Assembly (NCBI GenBank): GCA_964016885.1 | Contig: OZ024753.1 | Location: 28,024,001-28,088,000 of the forward strand | Reading direction: 5' to 3' | DNA: 64,000 nucleotides | Source of the DNA: Eledone cirrhosa | Taxonomy: Eukaryota | Shown here: positions 27,205-40,846 of the stretch, piece after piece | Layout: each line of letters begins with the position of its first letter | Numbering within the stretch: the stretch's first letter is position 1 | Made by a program: the position numbers and the translations under genes | Notes under the pieces: model-generated | The model's database searches: none | What the model was told of the DNA's origin: nothing | What the model saw: only the letters and a program-made list of their open reading frames with translations

Positions 27205-28993
27205 GTGCATTACTAAATATTTGACAACCATTTACTGTATATATAAACATACACACACATGCACGTACACACACATGCAGATGCACATACAATCATATAT
27301 ATATATATAAATCATCATTGACCTCATCACTGTTTTAGGTCTAGACAAGGTATTAATTAACCTGAGTCAGACTTTAATAATTGTTTCTACTTTAGGCACA
27401 GGACCAGCAATTTGAAAGGGGGTGAGAAAGAGGATTAAATTGACCCCAGTTCATGACTGGTACTTTATTTATTGACCCTGTAGGAAGAAAGCCAAAGCTA
27501 AAATTGGCAGGATTTGAACTCAGAACATAAAGGGTCGTAACTCTATGCCACAATGCATGATGTTTGATGCTCTACCGATACTGCCAATCCACCAGACTTT
27601 AATAATGGCACATACTAGCGTGGAAGATGAACATTAAACGATGATGTTGTCTAAGGTGCTGTGTATCAAGAATCAATTTGGAACCATGTAGTTGCAATGT
27701 GAACTCACCAGCAGTAGTTTAAGTTAAGAGTTTTTTAAGCTTAGGAGGTGAATGTCTTTTACCACAATATGAATTAAAGAGGGGATATCTCTGAGAGATA
27801 TGAAATAATCCTTACTTTAGGTACTTATCATCATCATCGTTTAACACCCATTTTTCCATGCTGCTGCAACGGCAAGAGCTCAGCTGTCTTGTTATTATAT
27901 TATCATTATTGGACATTAAACGATGATGATGATGATGGTAGAGGGTCGGACGCCATGTTTTGCAGCATAGAGTTATGCTGCAAATCTAAGTTCAGTTCTA
28001 ACCTTTACAATCTAAGTTCAAATACCGCCAACATTAACTTTGCCTTTCATCCTTACGGGGTTGATAAAATAAAGTACCAGTAATGCACTGGGATAATTGC
28101 TGGCCTTGTGCCAAAAGTAGAAACAATCATATATACTAGCAGAAATTGAATGAAGACTGCGTTACACTGTCTTATGTAATCAGTAACGTAATCCATGATA
28201 CATTAAAAAAACACAATATTATAAATAGGAGAAAATTAGTGACAGAAATATATGAATGTTTATTTAAGCGATCGCTAACCAGAAGTGTTGACATTTGAAA
28301 ATTTTAAAGAAGTGAATCTTTAAATAAACAATAAAATATATTTAATCAACAGCTACGAAATTTAGTAGATACATTATGTAATATTCATTCATTATTTATT
28401 CAAAGTAATCCAACTTATTTTACTAATGGGATAAAAAATTATAAACCGTACGCAGTCCCGCGCTCCTTACTTTATTATAGTTTAGATATATATATAAACA
28501 AAATTAGAATTTCATTTGCTTGCAAACAAATCAAATATTATTGTTATTATTCGATATAACCCATGCTTACATATGTATATATATATATATGTGTGTGTAT
28601 ATATATATATATAAGGTGTTGTAGTTTGCTTGAAGCATTGTGTAAAGGGCAAAAGAATAATGTTTTATTTCTAGGCTACAGCAAAAAACATGGGACATTA
28701 AGATAGCATAGATGTTAGGATGTTACTTTGGAGTTGTATTATACTCTTTATATTTCAGGATAAAATCCCTTCATTAAAAGAATAATTGAGGAAACTAATT
28801 CAAAGCTGGATATCTTGTGTCTTTCTTATGCTGCCATTTTTTTTATTTGAAATGCTTGTTTTATAGGTTTTTTTGTAATAACCATACTAAACATGCACTA
28901 AATGAAAGATTCATATACAGTCAATGTTGAAGGTTGTGATGACGATGAAGGTTATTATGATGGTGTTAATGATGGTGTCATATATGATTGCAG

Positions 28994-29153
28994 TATTTTT
29001 CAACGTCTCGTATCAAAATCCATTGCTCTTATACGAGTCCTGTCAGCAAATCGGCGCAACTTAACCATCTTTGCACCAACTGATGAGGCCTTTAAGAATA
29101 TGCCAGCTGAAACTCTGCAGAATTTGGAAAATAATGTTCCTTTGTTAACCCAG
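28994..29153 (+). CDS. FAS1 protein exon 5 (...NLTIFAPTDEAFKNMP...)
   Basis: Canonical FAS1 H1 motif TIFAPTDEAF; cag/gtaac boundaries. Confidence 0.93.
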
Positions 29154-29238
29154 GTAACAAATCAATATTTTTATAGATGCATATATGTGGTTATGTGTGT
29201 GTGTGTGTGTGTATATCTGTGAGTGTGTGGGATATAGT

Positions 29239-29475
29239 TCAAGTCTCCTTGGTGAACCTGTTGTTCTTTTCTCGCAAAGATTCAGCACACTTTCTCCAAT
29301 CGTCCCGGTCGAGCATGACATTTCTCAGTTCGACGATGTTACCAATGTTGGCATCTCTCATGCTTCTTTGTCCGACAGCCGGTTTCCAGAGCAGAAGTTG
29401 TGATGCTATCTCTTCTGGATGGCAGATGCAGTGCCCAGCCAGTTTCATTCGTCTGCTGGCAACTTTTTTTTGAGA
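29239..29475 (-). mobile_element. RTE-group LINE 3' remnant (third family)
   Basis: Encodes LAGHC..HPEEIASQLLLWKP...MLDRDDWR. Confidence 0.65.
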
Positions 29476-29555
29476 CTGGTGGTAGTGATCTGTATTGTTC
29501 CTTATTTGTCAGCTTCACAATTGTTGATTATAATATCTAATATTTTCTCTTATAG

Positions 29556-29667
29556 ACTCTTGTCCAGACTATTGTATCTCAAATATACTATGAGCCCAGC
29601 TTTATGCATGGTATGACAGTCACTGGGATAGACCAAAATACCTTAAAGCTAAAGTTAAACAATAATG
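29556..29667 (+). CDS. FAS1 protein exon 6 (TLVQTIVSQIYYEPSFMHGMTVTGIDQNTLKLKLNNN)
   Basis: tag/gtaag boundaries; phase 0-1 fits both neighbours. Confidence 0.85.
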
Positions 29668-29936
29668 GTAAGCTATTTTATTTATTATTTTGTGGATTGG
29701 CAGTATCAGTAGAGAGTCAGATGCCATGCTTTCCAGCATAGAGTTACGTCCCTTTATGGACTGAGTTCAAATCCTGCCGAGGTTAACTTTACCTTTTATC
29801 CTTACGGGGTCAAAATAAAGTACCAGTAATGTACTGCGTAATTGCTAGCCTTGTGCCAAAAGTAGAAACAATTATTTTAATATTGTAATCATTACAATTA
29901 ATTATATACATGCACACACACACACACAGATAGTTA

Positions 29937-30389
29937 TCTAATCGATATATCTAAAACAGAGAATGTCTGTCTGTCTCCCTAAAACTCGAGAACCACCCAA
30001 CCGACTTGTAATACTTATGGTCCTGTGAGTGTTTTGAGCAAAAACAATTTCAAATTTTCAATGCCCTAGGGACCGCATTAGGCGATTTAGCGATCTCTCT
30101 CTATAATTCTTAATCTTTCTTTTTAGATAGATACATAGATATAACGTTACGCCCTTATAATATCTGTCTGTATGTCTGGCTGTCTGCATTACGACATTAT
30201 GACGTCGCTATCTGTGTGTGTGTATGTGTGTATATATATGTATATATAGTGTGTGCATATATATATAAAGTGTGTAACGTTTTTCAAAATATTTACTTCT
30301 GCGTTCACAGATTGATTCATTTAGTTTCAGAAGATCCCGTTAAGGGTGAAAGCAGTTAAATCCCGAGCAACGCCGGGCCATTCTGCTAG
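29937..30389 (+). mobile_element. Non-autonomous Helitron-like element
   Basis: TC start, (CTGT)n, terminal hairpin and CTAG. Confidence 0.7.
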
Positions 30390-30487
30390 TATATTATAAA
30401 ACTACTAATGAAGTTATACATTGATATATCTGTTTATATTTAATTGTTACTGTTATCTGTATTTTCTTTGTCTTTTATTTTCTCTAG

Positions 30488-30621
30488 CTTTCATCCTAAC
30501 TGATGGTAAAACTGAAGCTACTATCACAGGCACTGATATTTCAGTCCTCAATGGTGTTATACATAGCATCAATAAGGTCTTCCTAAAACAACATAATTCC
30601 AAAAACTCTATCATAGGATGA
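30488..30621 (+). CDS. FAS1 protein terminal exon (...TDISVLNGVIHSINKVFL...G*)
   Basis: Canonical H2 motif NGVIHxIxKV; TGA; AATAAA at 30645-30650. Summed CDS is 1077 nt (358 aa). Confidence 0.93.
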
Positions 30622-33471
30622 AATATTATTATAAATAGATAATGAATAAAGACATCATTATCATAATGAATAACGACATCATTATTATCCCTTTACGTTC
30701 TGAGTTCAAATCCCGCCAAGGTTAGCTTTGCTTTTCATCCTTACGGGGTCGACAAAATAAAGTACCAGTAACACACTAGAGTTGATGTAATCGACTTTCC
30801 GCTTCCCCCAAAATATGTTTGGCCTTGTGCCTATATAAGAAACCATTACTATTATTTTATTAGGGTGATCTATAGGCAGAATCATTAGAATATCAGAGAA
30901 ATACAGTAAATGTTCCAGGACATTGTGTTCTGAGTTCAAATCCTGCCATGGTCAGCCTTGTCTTTAATCCTTCCAGGGTCAATAAAATAAAGTACCAGTC
31001 AAGTATGTTGGCCTATGTAAGATATTATATCAGTAGTGGTGGTGGTTTTAATAGTATTAGTATTTTGTCTAATGAAATTCTTTGACAGAAAATTTGAGAC
31101 AAACCCTCATGTGACAACTGGTATCAGAAATATATATAAAAAAAAATTTGAAAAAAATTCATTAAAATGTTACTTCAGTAAGAATAATGTTTATCATTAA
31201 CATAATAAATATTGTTGTTCTTTCAATTATTGTTATTATTATTATTGTTATTATTATTGTACTGTCCTTAATGTCTACTTTATGTAAACCCTTGTGGTTA
31301 ATAAAGAAAGCATTATTATTATTATTATTAAAGGGAGGTGGGTTGGCAGTATCGGTAGAGGGTCTGATGCCATGCTTTGCAGTAAAGAGTTACGGCCCTT
31401 TATGGTCCGAGTTCAAATCCTGCCGAGGTTAACTTTGCTTTTCATCCTTATGGGGTCGATAAAATAAAGCACCAGTAATACACTGGGATAATTGCTGGCC
31501 TTATGCCAAATGTAGAAACATCATCATCATCATCATTTCATTTTACGTCCGCTTTTTCCCTGCTTGCAAGGGTGGGACGGGAACTGATGCTGGCTTGATT
31601 TCTACAGCTGGATGCCCTTCCTAACACCAACCTCATTTACAGTGAGTGCTGGGTGCTTTTTTGCCGTGGCACCTCGACGTCCACTTTGCGGTGGAATGAT
31701 AGGGACCCCAGTCCCTATCATCTCATTTCTACAGCTGAGTAAACTGGAGCAATGTGAAATAAAGTGTCTTGCTCAAGGAAACAACACATTACCCGGTCTG
31801 AGAATTGAACTCACAACCTTTCGATTGCAAGGCCAATGCTCTAACCACTAAGCCATGTGCCTCCAACAATTATTATTATTGAAAGTAATGCACTGGGTAA
31901 TTGCTGGCCTTGTGCCTAAAGTAGAAACAATTATTATTGGCAGTATCGGTAGAGGGTCAGACGCCATGCTTTGCAGCAAAGAGTTACGGCCCTTTATGGT
32001 CTGAGTTCAAATCCCACCCCGGTTAACTTTGCCTTTCATCCTTACAGGGTCAATAAAATAAAGTACCAGTAATACACTGGGATAATTGCTGGCCTTGTGC
32101 TAAATGTAGAAACAATTATTATTATTGAATTTTGTGATATTAAGATTTTATTAAGCTGGTTAATATGTTTCCTTCTTTATCCATTTCTTGTGTTACCTCC
32201 TTTGTCCACCCTATGAATGTTGCACTCTATCTAACAACATAAACTACCCACGAATTTAATGCTAAAAGTAAGTTCCTCCCATTCAATTTATATTTCAATA
32301 ATAATCATGTTCTCTTAACCATTTAGCATTTAAACAGGCTTATATCCGACCTGAATTGTCTTACCTCTTTCTGTTCAAACCGGCCGTAATCCACTCATAC
32401 TGATGTTAAGGAATTGTTCTCAAAATATATAACATCAAAATCTCAGAGATTCGATATTATGTGAGATAATTATGTAAGATAAAGCCTTTACCGTGAAAAT
32501 ACAATAGTAAATATAGAGTAATGTAAATGCTAAAGGGTTAAAGTGTACTTTTTCATTTCTTTGCTCATGAATTTGTCCAGCTCAATCACAACCAGATTTT
32601 TAAATTCTTCCTATTTCTTCACTATTTGGAAATTTGATTCTTTCCCAAGACAAGACACCTTTTTTCCCTCTCCTCACAGATCTTCTTATTGTGTCCACAC
32701 TTATAATTGTTGCTTGTGGTGCTAATAGGATTAGTAGTATCTTATCAATACACCCACTGTTGCAGTGTGGACGCTCCACTCTTGGCCCTTCCTCAGAGAT
32801 ATTGCTGCATATTTTGAAATTTCAAACTCCATGCCAATATTCACACTATATATCCACTCCATGCCATATCATTTTCAACTAAGGGTCAACTTGGTTGTCA
32901 CTTTCTACACAAGACACTTTCTGTTCATTAGTACAACATGCACAATACACACAATACTATGAAACACAAGCACCACCCAATAAAATATAAATATAAAACT
33001 CATATAGTGCAACAAATAGACAAACACTAAAGCAGTGTTTCCCAAATTTATTGTTGTGGAACCTTTATATGATTTTCTAAAAATCATGGAAGCTGTACTT
33101 ATATTTGACAGACAATTCTCTCTACTCAAATTTCAACCTTCCATCATAATTTTATTTTAGTAATTTCCCTTAACCTTTTAGCTTTTACATTACTCTATTG
33201 TATTTTTGCAGTAAAAGCTTTACCTCACATAATTGTTTCACATAATATTGAATCGAAGAGATTTTGATCTAAATTATTTTGAGAACAATACCTTAACATG
33301 AATATGAGTTGGTTACAGCCAGTTTGAACAGAAAGAGGTAAGAGAATTCTGGCCAGATATGGCCAATTTAAATGCTAAAGGGTTAAAACCACAAGGAATG
33401 AAATTATGGGATACCCATGTCTTTGTCAGGAGCATTGGCAGTGAGAAGTCAGTCCAGGTGGTTTCTGTATG

Positions 33472-33609
<138 letters not shown>

Positions 33610-34907
33610 TGAAATTGTCTGTGTGTGTGTCCTAATTTTTGCAAAGTCTATAAAAATCCACATTTCTACTCCGATTGACTTCAAACTTGCATTTATATAG
33701 TCCTTGCGGTCTAAAGATATTAACTGCAGCTTTTATTTTTCAATTTTCTGTTGTTAAAGGTGTTTTTTTCACTAAAACTTTAAGCCCTTTTTGTCGGCAA
33801 TTTTGTCTACAATGTTCAAGAGAGACAACTCTTTAGTATTTTTGAAGAGTTACCTCTCTTTATAGACTATATTATCCCTACTTAAACATACATCCTTTGA
33901 AATTGTTGATGGTGACCCCAATAGTAATTCTGAAGCGTTCAGCATGCGATATAACAGTTCGGTCTATATCAGATTGGGTAGATTTTTATAACCTTAAAAG
34001 TATCCAACTAAATTCCTTCATGCTCTCAACCACTGCAGTCCCACATGCTCTGTAACTTTCATTGTACCATAGCAAAACAAATACATGTTCGGTTTGTCGA
34101 ATGCCTTTTTACTTAACCCTATCGTCTTGGCTTTCGTGGGTTGAACATTTTACTCTCAGGCACCCAATTAATTCAGGCACCCAATTTTTTATAAGCACAA
34201 AATGTACACACCATCCCCAGGCCGAGGTATTCCTTACTTCTCTGTACTGTTTCAGAAAAGAGGGATAAACATGCCAATCTATTTTTAGAAGCCCGAGCAA
34301 TGCCAGGCCATTCTGTTAGTGCATAACTAAATACACTGTTGGTGTGACAATCATGTTAAATGATAATTTAAAACCATGAGGAATGAGGTTATGAGTTATC
34401 TATGTCTTTGTGAAGGGCATTGACAATGGGAAGTCAATTCAACTGGTTTTTTAATATATATAAAAATAGCTAAAGACATTGTGTAGTATTGGCGAGACTG
34501 TCATAAGTTCATGTAGAAATGTGTGTGTTGTGTGTCAGAAGCAACATTCTACTTCGATCATCTGCTTGAAGCTGTGAATCTTAAGCCTTTAGCATTTAAA
34601 CTGGCCATATCCGGTCAGAATTCTTTCACCTCTTTCTGTTCAAACTGGCCATAACTGGCCACTCATTCTCATGTAAAAGTATTGTTTTCAAAATCAATAA
34701 CATAAAAATCTCTTAGATTCGATATTATATGAGATAAAGTCTTTACAGTGAAAATATAATAGTAAAAATATAGTAATATAAATGTTAAATGGTTAAGTAG
34801 CAGTAGCCCTAACATAGCATGATTTATAATAGAGGTTTATATGAAGGCATATGCTTATGTATAACTATCATCATCCAGTTTGTGATTATACAGAACACAA
34901 TTAATCC

Positions 34908-35061
34908 CTAAGTAGGGGTGGGTCTTGCCTGACAATTCTCTTTAGCATCCCGCTCCATGTGTTTCTGTCCACCGGTCTCACTTTGGTTAGGCCAGGCCAA
35001 GCCTAGCCTAGCTTGATCCCGATGGACATCCTCCATCCAAGTCTTTTTTGGTTTTCCTGCG
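34908..35061 (-). mobile_element. RTE LINE 3' terminus adjoining the satellite
   Basis: Encodes RGAGKPKKTWMEDVHRD; a shifted frame gives VDRNTW. Confidence 0.75.
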
Positions 35062-38000
35062 CCTCTACTGCTTCCTGGATCAACATTCATCACTTTGCTG
35101 ATCCCGCCCTCGACATGGCCACACCAGCCTCTTCCTGGCCCTCTACTGCTTCCTGGATCGACATTCATCACTTTGCTGATCCCGCCCTCACTGCACTCGA
35201 CATGGCCACACCAGCCTCTTCCTGGCCCTCTACTGCTTCCTGGATCAACATTCATCACTTTGCTGATCCCGCCCTCACTGCACTCGACATGGCCACACCA
35301 GCCTCTTCCTGGCCCTCTACTGCTTCCTGGATCGACATTCATCACTTTGCTGATCCCGCCCTCACTGCACTCGACATGGCCACACCAGCCTCTTCCTGGC
35401 CCTCTACTGCTTCCTGGGTTGACATTCATCACTTTGCCGATCCCGCCCTCACCGCCCTCGACATGGCCACACCAGCCTCTTCCTGGCCCTCTACTGCCTC
35501 CTGGGTTGACATTCATCACTTTGCCGATCCCGCCCTCACCGCCCTCACTGCACTCGACATGGCCACACCAGCCTCTTCCTGGCCCTCTACTGCCTCCTGG
35601 GTTGACATTCATCACTTTGCTGATCCCGCCCTCACTGCACTCGACATGGCCACACCAGCCTCTTCCTGGCCCTCTACTGCCTCCTGGGTCGACATTCATC
35701 ACTTTGCTGATCCCGCCCTCACTGCACTCGACATGGCCACACCAGCCTCTTCCTGGCCCTCTACTGCTTCCTGGGTTGACATTCATCACTTTGCTGATCC
35801 CGCCCTCACTGCACTCGACATGGCCACACCAGCCTCTTCCTGGCCCTCTACTGCCTCCTGGGTTGACATTCATCACTTTGCCGATCCCGCCCTCACCGCC
35901 CTCACTGCACTCGACATGGCCACACCAGCCTCTTCCTGGCCCTCTACTGCCTCCTGGGTTGACATTCATCACTTTGCTGATCCCGCCCTCACTGCACTCG
36001 ACATGGCCACACCAGCCTCTTCCTGGCCCTCTACTGCCTCCTGGGTCGACATTCATCACTTTGCTGATCCCGCCCTCACTGCACTCGACATGGCCACACC
36101 AGCCTCTTCCTGGCCCTCTACTGCTTCCTGGGTTGACATTCATCACTTTGCTGATCCCGCCCTCACTGCACTCGACATGGCCACACCAGCCTCTTCCTGG
36201 CCCTCTACTGCCTCCTGGGTTGACATTCATCACTTTGCCGATCCCGCCCTCACCGCCCTCACTGCACTCGACATGGCCACACCAGCCTCTTCCTGGCCCT
36301 CTACTGCCTCCTGGGTTGACATTCATCACTTTGCTGATCCCGCCCTCACTGCACTCGACATGGCCACACCAGCCTCTTCCTGGCCCTCTACTGCCTCCTG
36401 GGTCGACATTCATCACTTTGCTGATCCCGCCCTCACTGCACTCGACATGGCCACACCAGCCTCTTCCTGGCCCTCTACTGCCTCCTGGGTCGACATTCAT
36501 CACTTTGCTGATCCCGCCCTCACTGCACTCGACATGGCCACACCAGCCTCTTCCTGGCCCTCTACTGCCTCCTGGGTCGACATTCATCACTTTGCTGATC
36601 CCGCCCTCACTGCACTCGACATGGCCACACCAGCCTCTTCCTGGCCCTCTACTGCCTCCTGGGTTGACATTCATCACTTTGCCGATCCCGCCCTCACCGC
36701 CCTCACTGCACTCGACATGGCCACACCAGCCTCTTCCTGGCCCTCTACTGCCTCCTGGGTTGACATTCATCACTTTGCTGATCCCGCCCTCACTGCACTC
36801 GACATGGCCACACCAGCCTCTTCCTGGCCCTCTACTGCCTCCTGGGTCGACATTCATCACTTTGCTGATCCCGCCCTCACTGCACTCGACATGGCCACAC
36901 CAGCCTCTTCCTGGCCCTCTACTGCCTCCTGGGTCGACATTCATCACTTTGCTGATCCCGCCCTCACTGCACTCGACATGGCCACACCAGCCTCTTCCTG
37001 GCCCTCTACTGCCTCCTGGGTTGACATTCATCACTTTGCTGATCCCGCCCTCACTGCACTCGACATGGCCACACCAGCCTCTTCCTGGCCCTCTACTGCC
37101 TCCTGGGTCGACATTCATCACTTTGCTGATCCCGCCCTCACTGCACTCGACATGGCCACACCAGCCTCTTCCTGGCCCTCTACTGCCTCCTGGGTTGACA
37201 TTCATCACTTTGCTGATCCCGCCCTCACTGCACTCGACATGGCCACACCAGCCTCTTCCTGGCCCTCTACTGCCTCCTGGGTCGACATTCATCACTTTGC
37301 TGATCCCGCCCTCACTGCACTCGACATGGCCACACCAGCCTCTTCCTGGCCCTCTACTGCCTCCTGGGTCGACATTCATCACTTTGCTGATCCCGCCCTC
37401 ACTGCACTCGACATGGCCACACCAGCCTCTTCCTGGCCCTCTACTGCCTCCTGGGTCGACATTCATCACTTTGCTGATCCCGCCCTCACTGCACTCGACA
37501 TGGCCACACCAGCCTCTTCCTGGCCCTCTACTGCCTCCTGGGTGGACATTCATCACTTTGCTGATCCCGCCCTCACTGCACTCGACATGGCCACACCAGC
37601 CTCTTCCTGGCCCTCTACTGCCTCCTGGGTCGACATTCATCACTTTGCTGATCCCGCCCTCACTGCACTCGACATGGCCACACCAGCCTCTTCCTGGCCC
37701 TCTACTGCCTCCTGGGTCGACATTCATCACTTTGCTGATCCCGCCCTCACTGCACTCGACATGGCCACACCAGCCTCTTCCTGGCCCTCTACTGCCTCCT
37801 GGGTTGACATTCATCACTTTGCTGATCCCGCCCTCACTGCACTCGACATGGCCACACCAGCCTCTTCCTGGCCCTCTACTGCCTCCTGGGTCGACATTCA
37901 TCACTTTGCTGATCCCGCCCTCACTGCACTCGACATGGCCACACCAGCCTCTTCCTGGCCCTCTACTGCCTCCTGGGTCGACATTCATCACTTTGCTGAT

Positions 38001-40603
38001 CCCGCCCTCACTGCACTCGACATGGCCACACCAGCCTCTTCCTGGCCCTCTACTGCCTCCTGGGTTGACATTCATCACTTTGCTGATCCCGCCCTCACTG
38101 CACTCGACATGGCCACACCAGCCTCTTCCTGGCCCTCTACTGCCTCCTGGGTCGACATTCATCACTTTGCTGATCCCGCCCTCACTGCACTCGACATGGC
38201 CACACCAGCCTCTTCCTGGCCCTCTACTGCTTCCTGGGTTGACATTCATCACTTTGCTGATCCCGCCCTCACTGCACTCGACATGGCCACACCAGCCTCT
38301 TCCTGGCCCTCTACTGCCTCCTGGGTCGACATTCATCACTTTGCTGATCCCGCCCTCACTGCACTCGACATGGCCACACCAGCCTCTTCCTGGCCCTCTA
38401 CTGCTTCCTGGGTTGACATTCATCACTTTGCTGATCCCGCCCTCACTGCACTCGACATGGCCACACCAGCCTCTTCCTGGCCCTCTACTGCCTCCTGGGT
38501 CGACATTCATCACTTTGCTGATCCCGCCCTCACTGCACTCGACATGGCCACACCAGCCTCTTCCTGGCCCTCTACTGCCTCCTGGGTTGACATTCATCAC
38601 TTTGCCGATCCCGCCCTCACCGCCCTCACTGCACTCGACATGGCCACACCAGCCTCTTCCTGGCCCTCTACTGCCTCCTGGGTTGACATTCATCACTTTG
38701 CCGATCCCGCCCTCACCGCCCTCACTGCACTCGACATGGCCACACCAGCCTCTTCCTGGCCCTCTACTGCCTCCTGGGTCGACATTCATCACTTTGCTGA
38801 TCCCGCCCTCACTGCACTCGACATGGCCACACCAGCCTCTTCCTGGCCCTCTACTGCCTCCTGGGTTGACATTCATCACTTTGCTGATCCCGCCCTCACT
38901 GCACTCGACATGGCCACACCAGCCTCTTCCTGGCCCTCTACTGCCTCCTGGGTCGACATTCATCACTTTGCTGATCCCGCCCTCACTGCACTCGACATGG
39001 CCACACCAGCCTCTTCCTGGCCCTCTACTGCCTCCTGGGTTGACATTCATCACTTTGCTGATCCCGCCCTCACTGCACTCGACATGGCCACACCAGCCTC
39101 TTCCTGGCCCTCTACTGCCTCCTGGGTTGACATTCATCACTTTGCCGATCCCGCCCTCACCGCCCTCACTGCACTCGACATGGCCACACCAGCCTCTTCC
39201 TGGCCCTCTACTGCCTCCTGGGTTGACATTCATCACTTTGCCGATCCCGCCCTCACCGCCCTCACTGCACTCGACATGGCCACACCAGCCTCTTCCTGGC
39301 CCTCTACTGCCTCCTGGGTCGACATTCATCACTTTGCTGATCCCGCCCTCACTGCACTCGACATGGCCACACCAGCCTCTTCCTGGCCCTCTACTGCCTC
39401 CTGGGTCGACATTCATCACTTTGCTGATCCCGCCCTCACTGCACTCGACATGGCCACACCAGCCTCTTCCTGGCCCTCTACTGCTTCCTGGATCAACATT
39501 CATCACTTTGCTGATCCCGCCCTCACTGCACTTGACATGGCCACACCAGCCTCTTCCTGGCCCTCTACTGCCTCCTGGGTTGACATTCATCACTTTGCTG
39601 ATCCCGCCCTCACTGCACTCGACATGGCCACACCAGCCTCTTCCTGGCCCTCTACTGCCTCCTGGATCGACATTCATCACTTTGCTGATCCCGCCCTCAC
39701 TGCACTCGACATGGCCACACCAGCCTCTTCCTGGCCCTCTACTGCCTCCTGGGTTGACATTCATCACTTTGCTGATCCCGCCCTCACTGCACTCGACATG
39801 GCCACACCAGCCTCTTCCTGGCCCTCTACTGCCTCCTGGGTCGACATTCATCACTTTGCTGATCCCGCCCTCACTGCACTCGACATGGCCACACCAGCCT
39901 CTTCCTGGCCCTCTACTGCTTCCTGGATCAACATTCATCACTTTGCTGATCCCGCCCTCACCGCCCTCGACATGGCCACACCAGCCTCTTCCTGGCCCTC
40001 TACTGCCTCCTGGGTTGACATTCATCACTTTGCTGATCCCGCCCTCACTGCACTCGACATGGCCACACCAGCCTCTTCCTGGCCCTCTACTGCTTCCTGG
40101 GTTGACATTCATCACTTTGCTGATCCCGCCCTCACTGCACTCGACATGGCCACACCAGCCTCTTCCTGGCCCTCTACTGCTTCCTGGGTTGACATTCATC
40201 ACTTTGCTGATCCCGCCCTCACTGCACTCGACATGGCCACACCAGCCTCTTCCTGGCCCTCTACTGCTTCCTGGGTTGACATTCATCACTTTGCCGATCC
40301 CGCCCTCACCGCCCTCGACATGGCCACACCAGCCTCTTCCTGGCCCTCTACTGCTTCCTGGGTTGACATTCATCACTTTGCTGATCCCGCCCTCACTGCA
40401 CTCGACATGGCCACACCAGCCTCTTCCTGGCCCTCTACTGCCTCCTGGGTTGACATTCATCACTTTGCTGATCCCGCCCTCACCGCCCTCACTGCACTCG
40501 ACATGGCCACACCAGCCTCTTCCTGGCCCTCTACTGCCTCCTGGGTTGACATTCATCACTTTGCTGATCCCGCCCTCACCGCCCTCACTGCACTCGACAT
40601 GGC
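35062..40603. repeat. GC-rich tandem array: 62 full units (52 x 87 bp and 10 x 96 bp) plus a partial unit, derived from RTE coding sequence
   Basis: The GACATGG span 35112-40596 equals 62x87 + 10x9. The minus strand reads WCGHVE..KVMNVDPGSSRG. Confidence 0.97.
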
Positions 40604-40846
40604 TGTGAAACACATCCTCGAGGTCATCGATCAGTAGTCTTTTCAGGAGCTCAGTTGAGCTGCTTGCTATGGGTGTTTTAAGGTGTGATCATATCACAGT
40701 TATCTCAGTAGCCATCTGAGAATGTCAGACACTAGTGATGCAGTTGAGGATATTTTTTAATCCATCATCAGTTTATTCAGTACTGGAAGAAGTTATAGCT
40801 TATACAGACCTGATAACTCTTCCTGTCCCACGGGAAGATCTCCCAG

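Noticed and set aside
35062-40603. CRISPR-like array
   Set aside because: There are no unique spacers or cas genes, and the context is eukaryotic. The same applies to the 41-bp and 58-bp arrays.
34908-40613. 1901-aa minus-strand ORF as a real Gly/Cys-rich structural protein gene
   Set aside because: It is a stop-free 87-bp repeat of LINE origin; most variants are non-synonymous in this frame and no gene context is visible.
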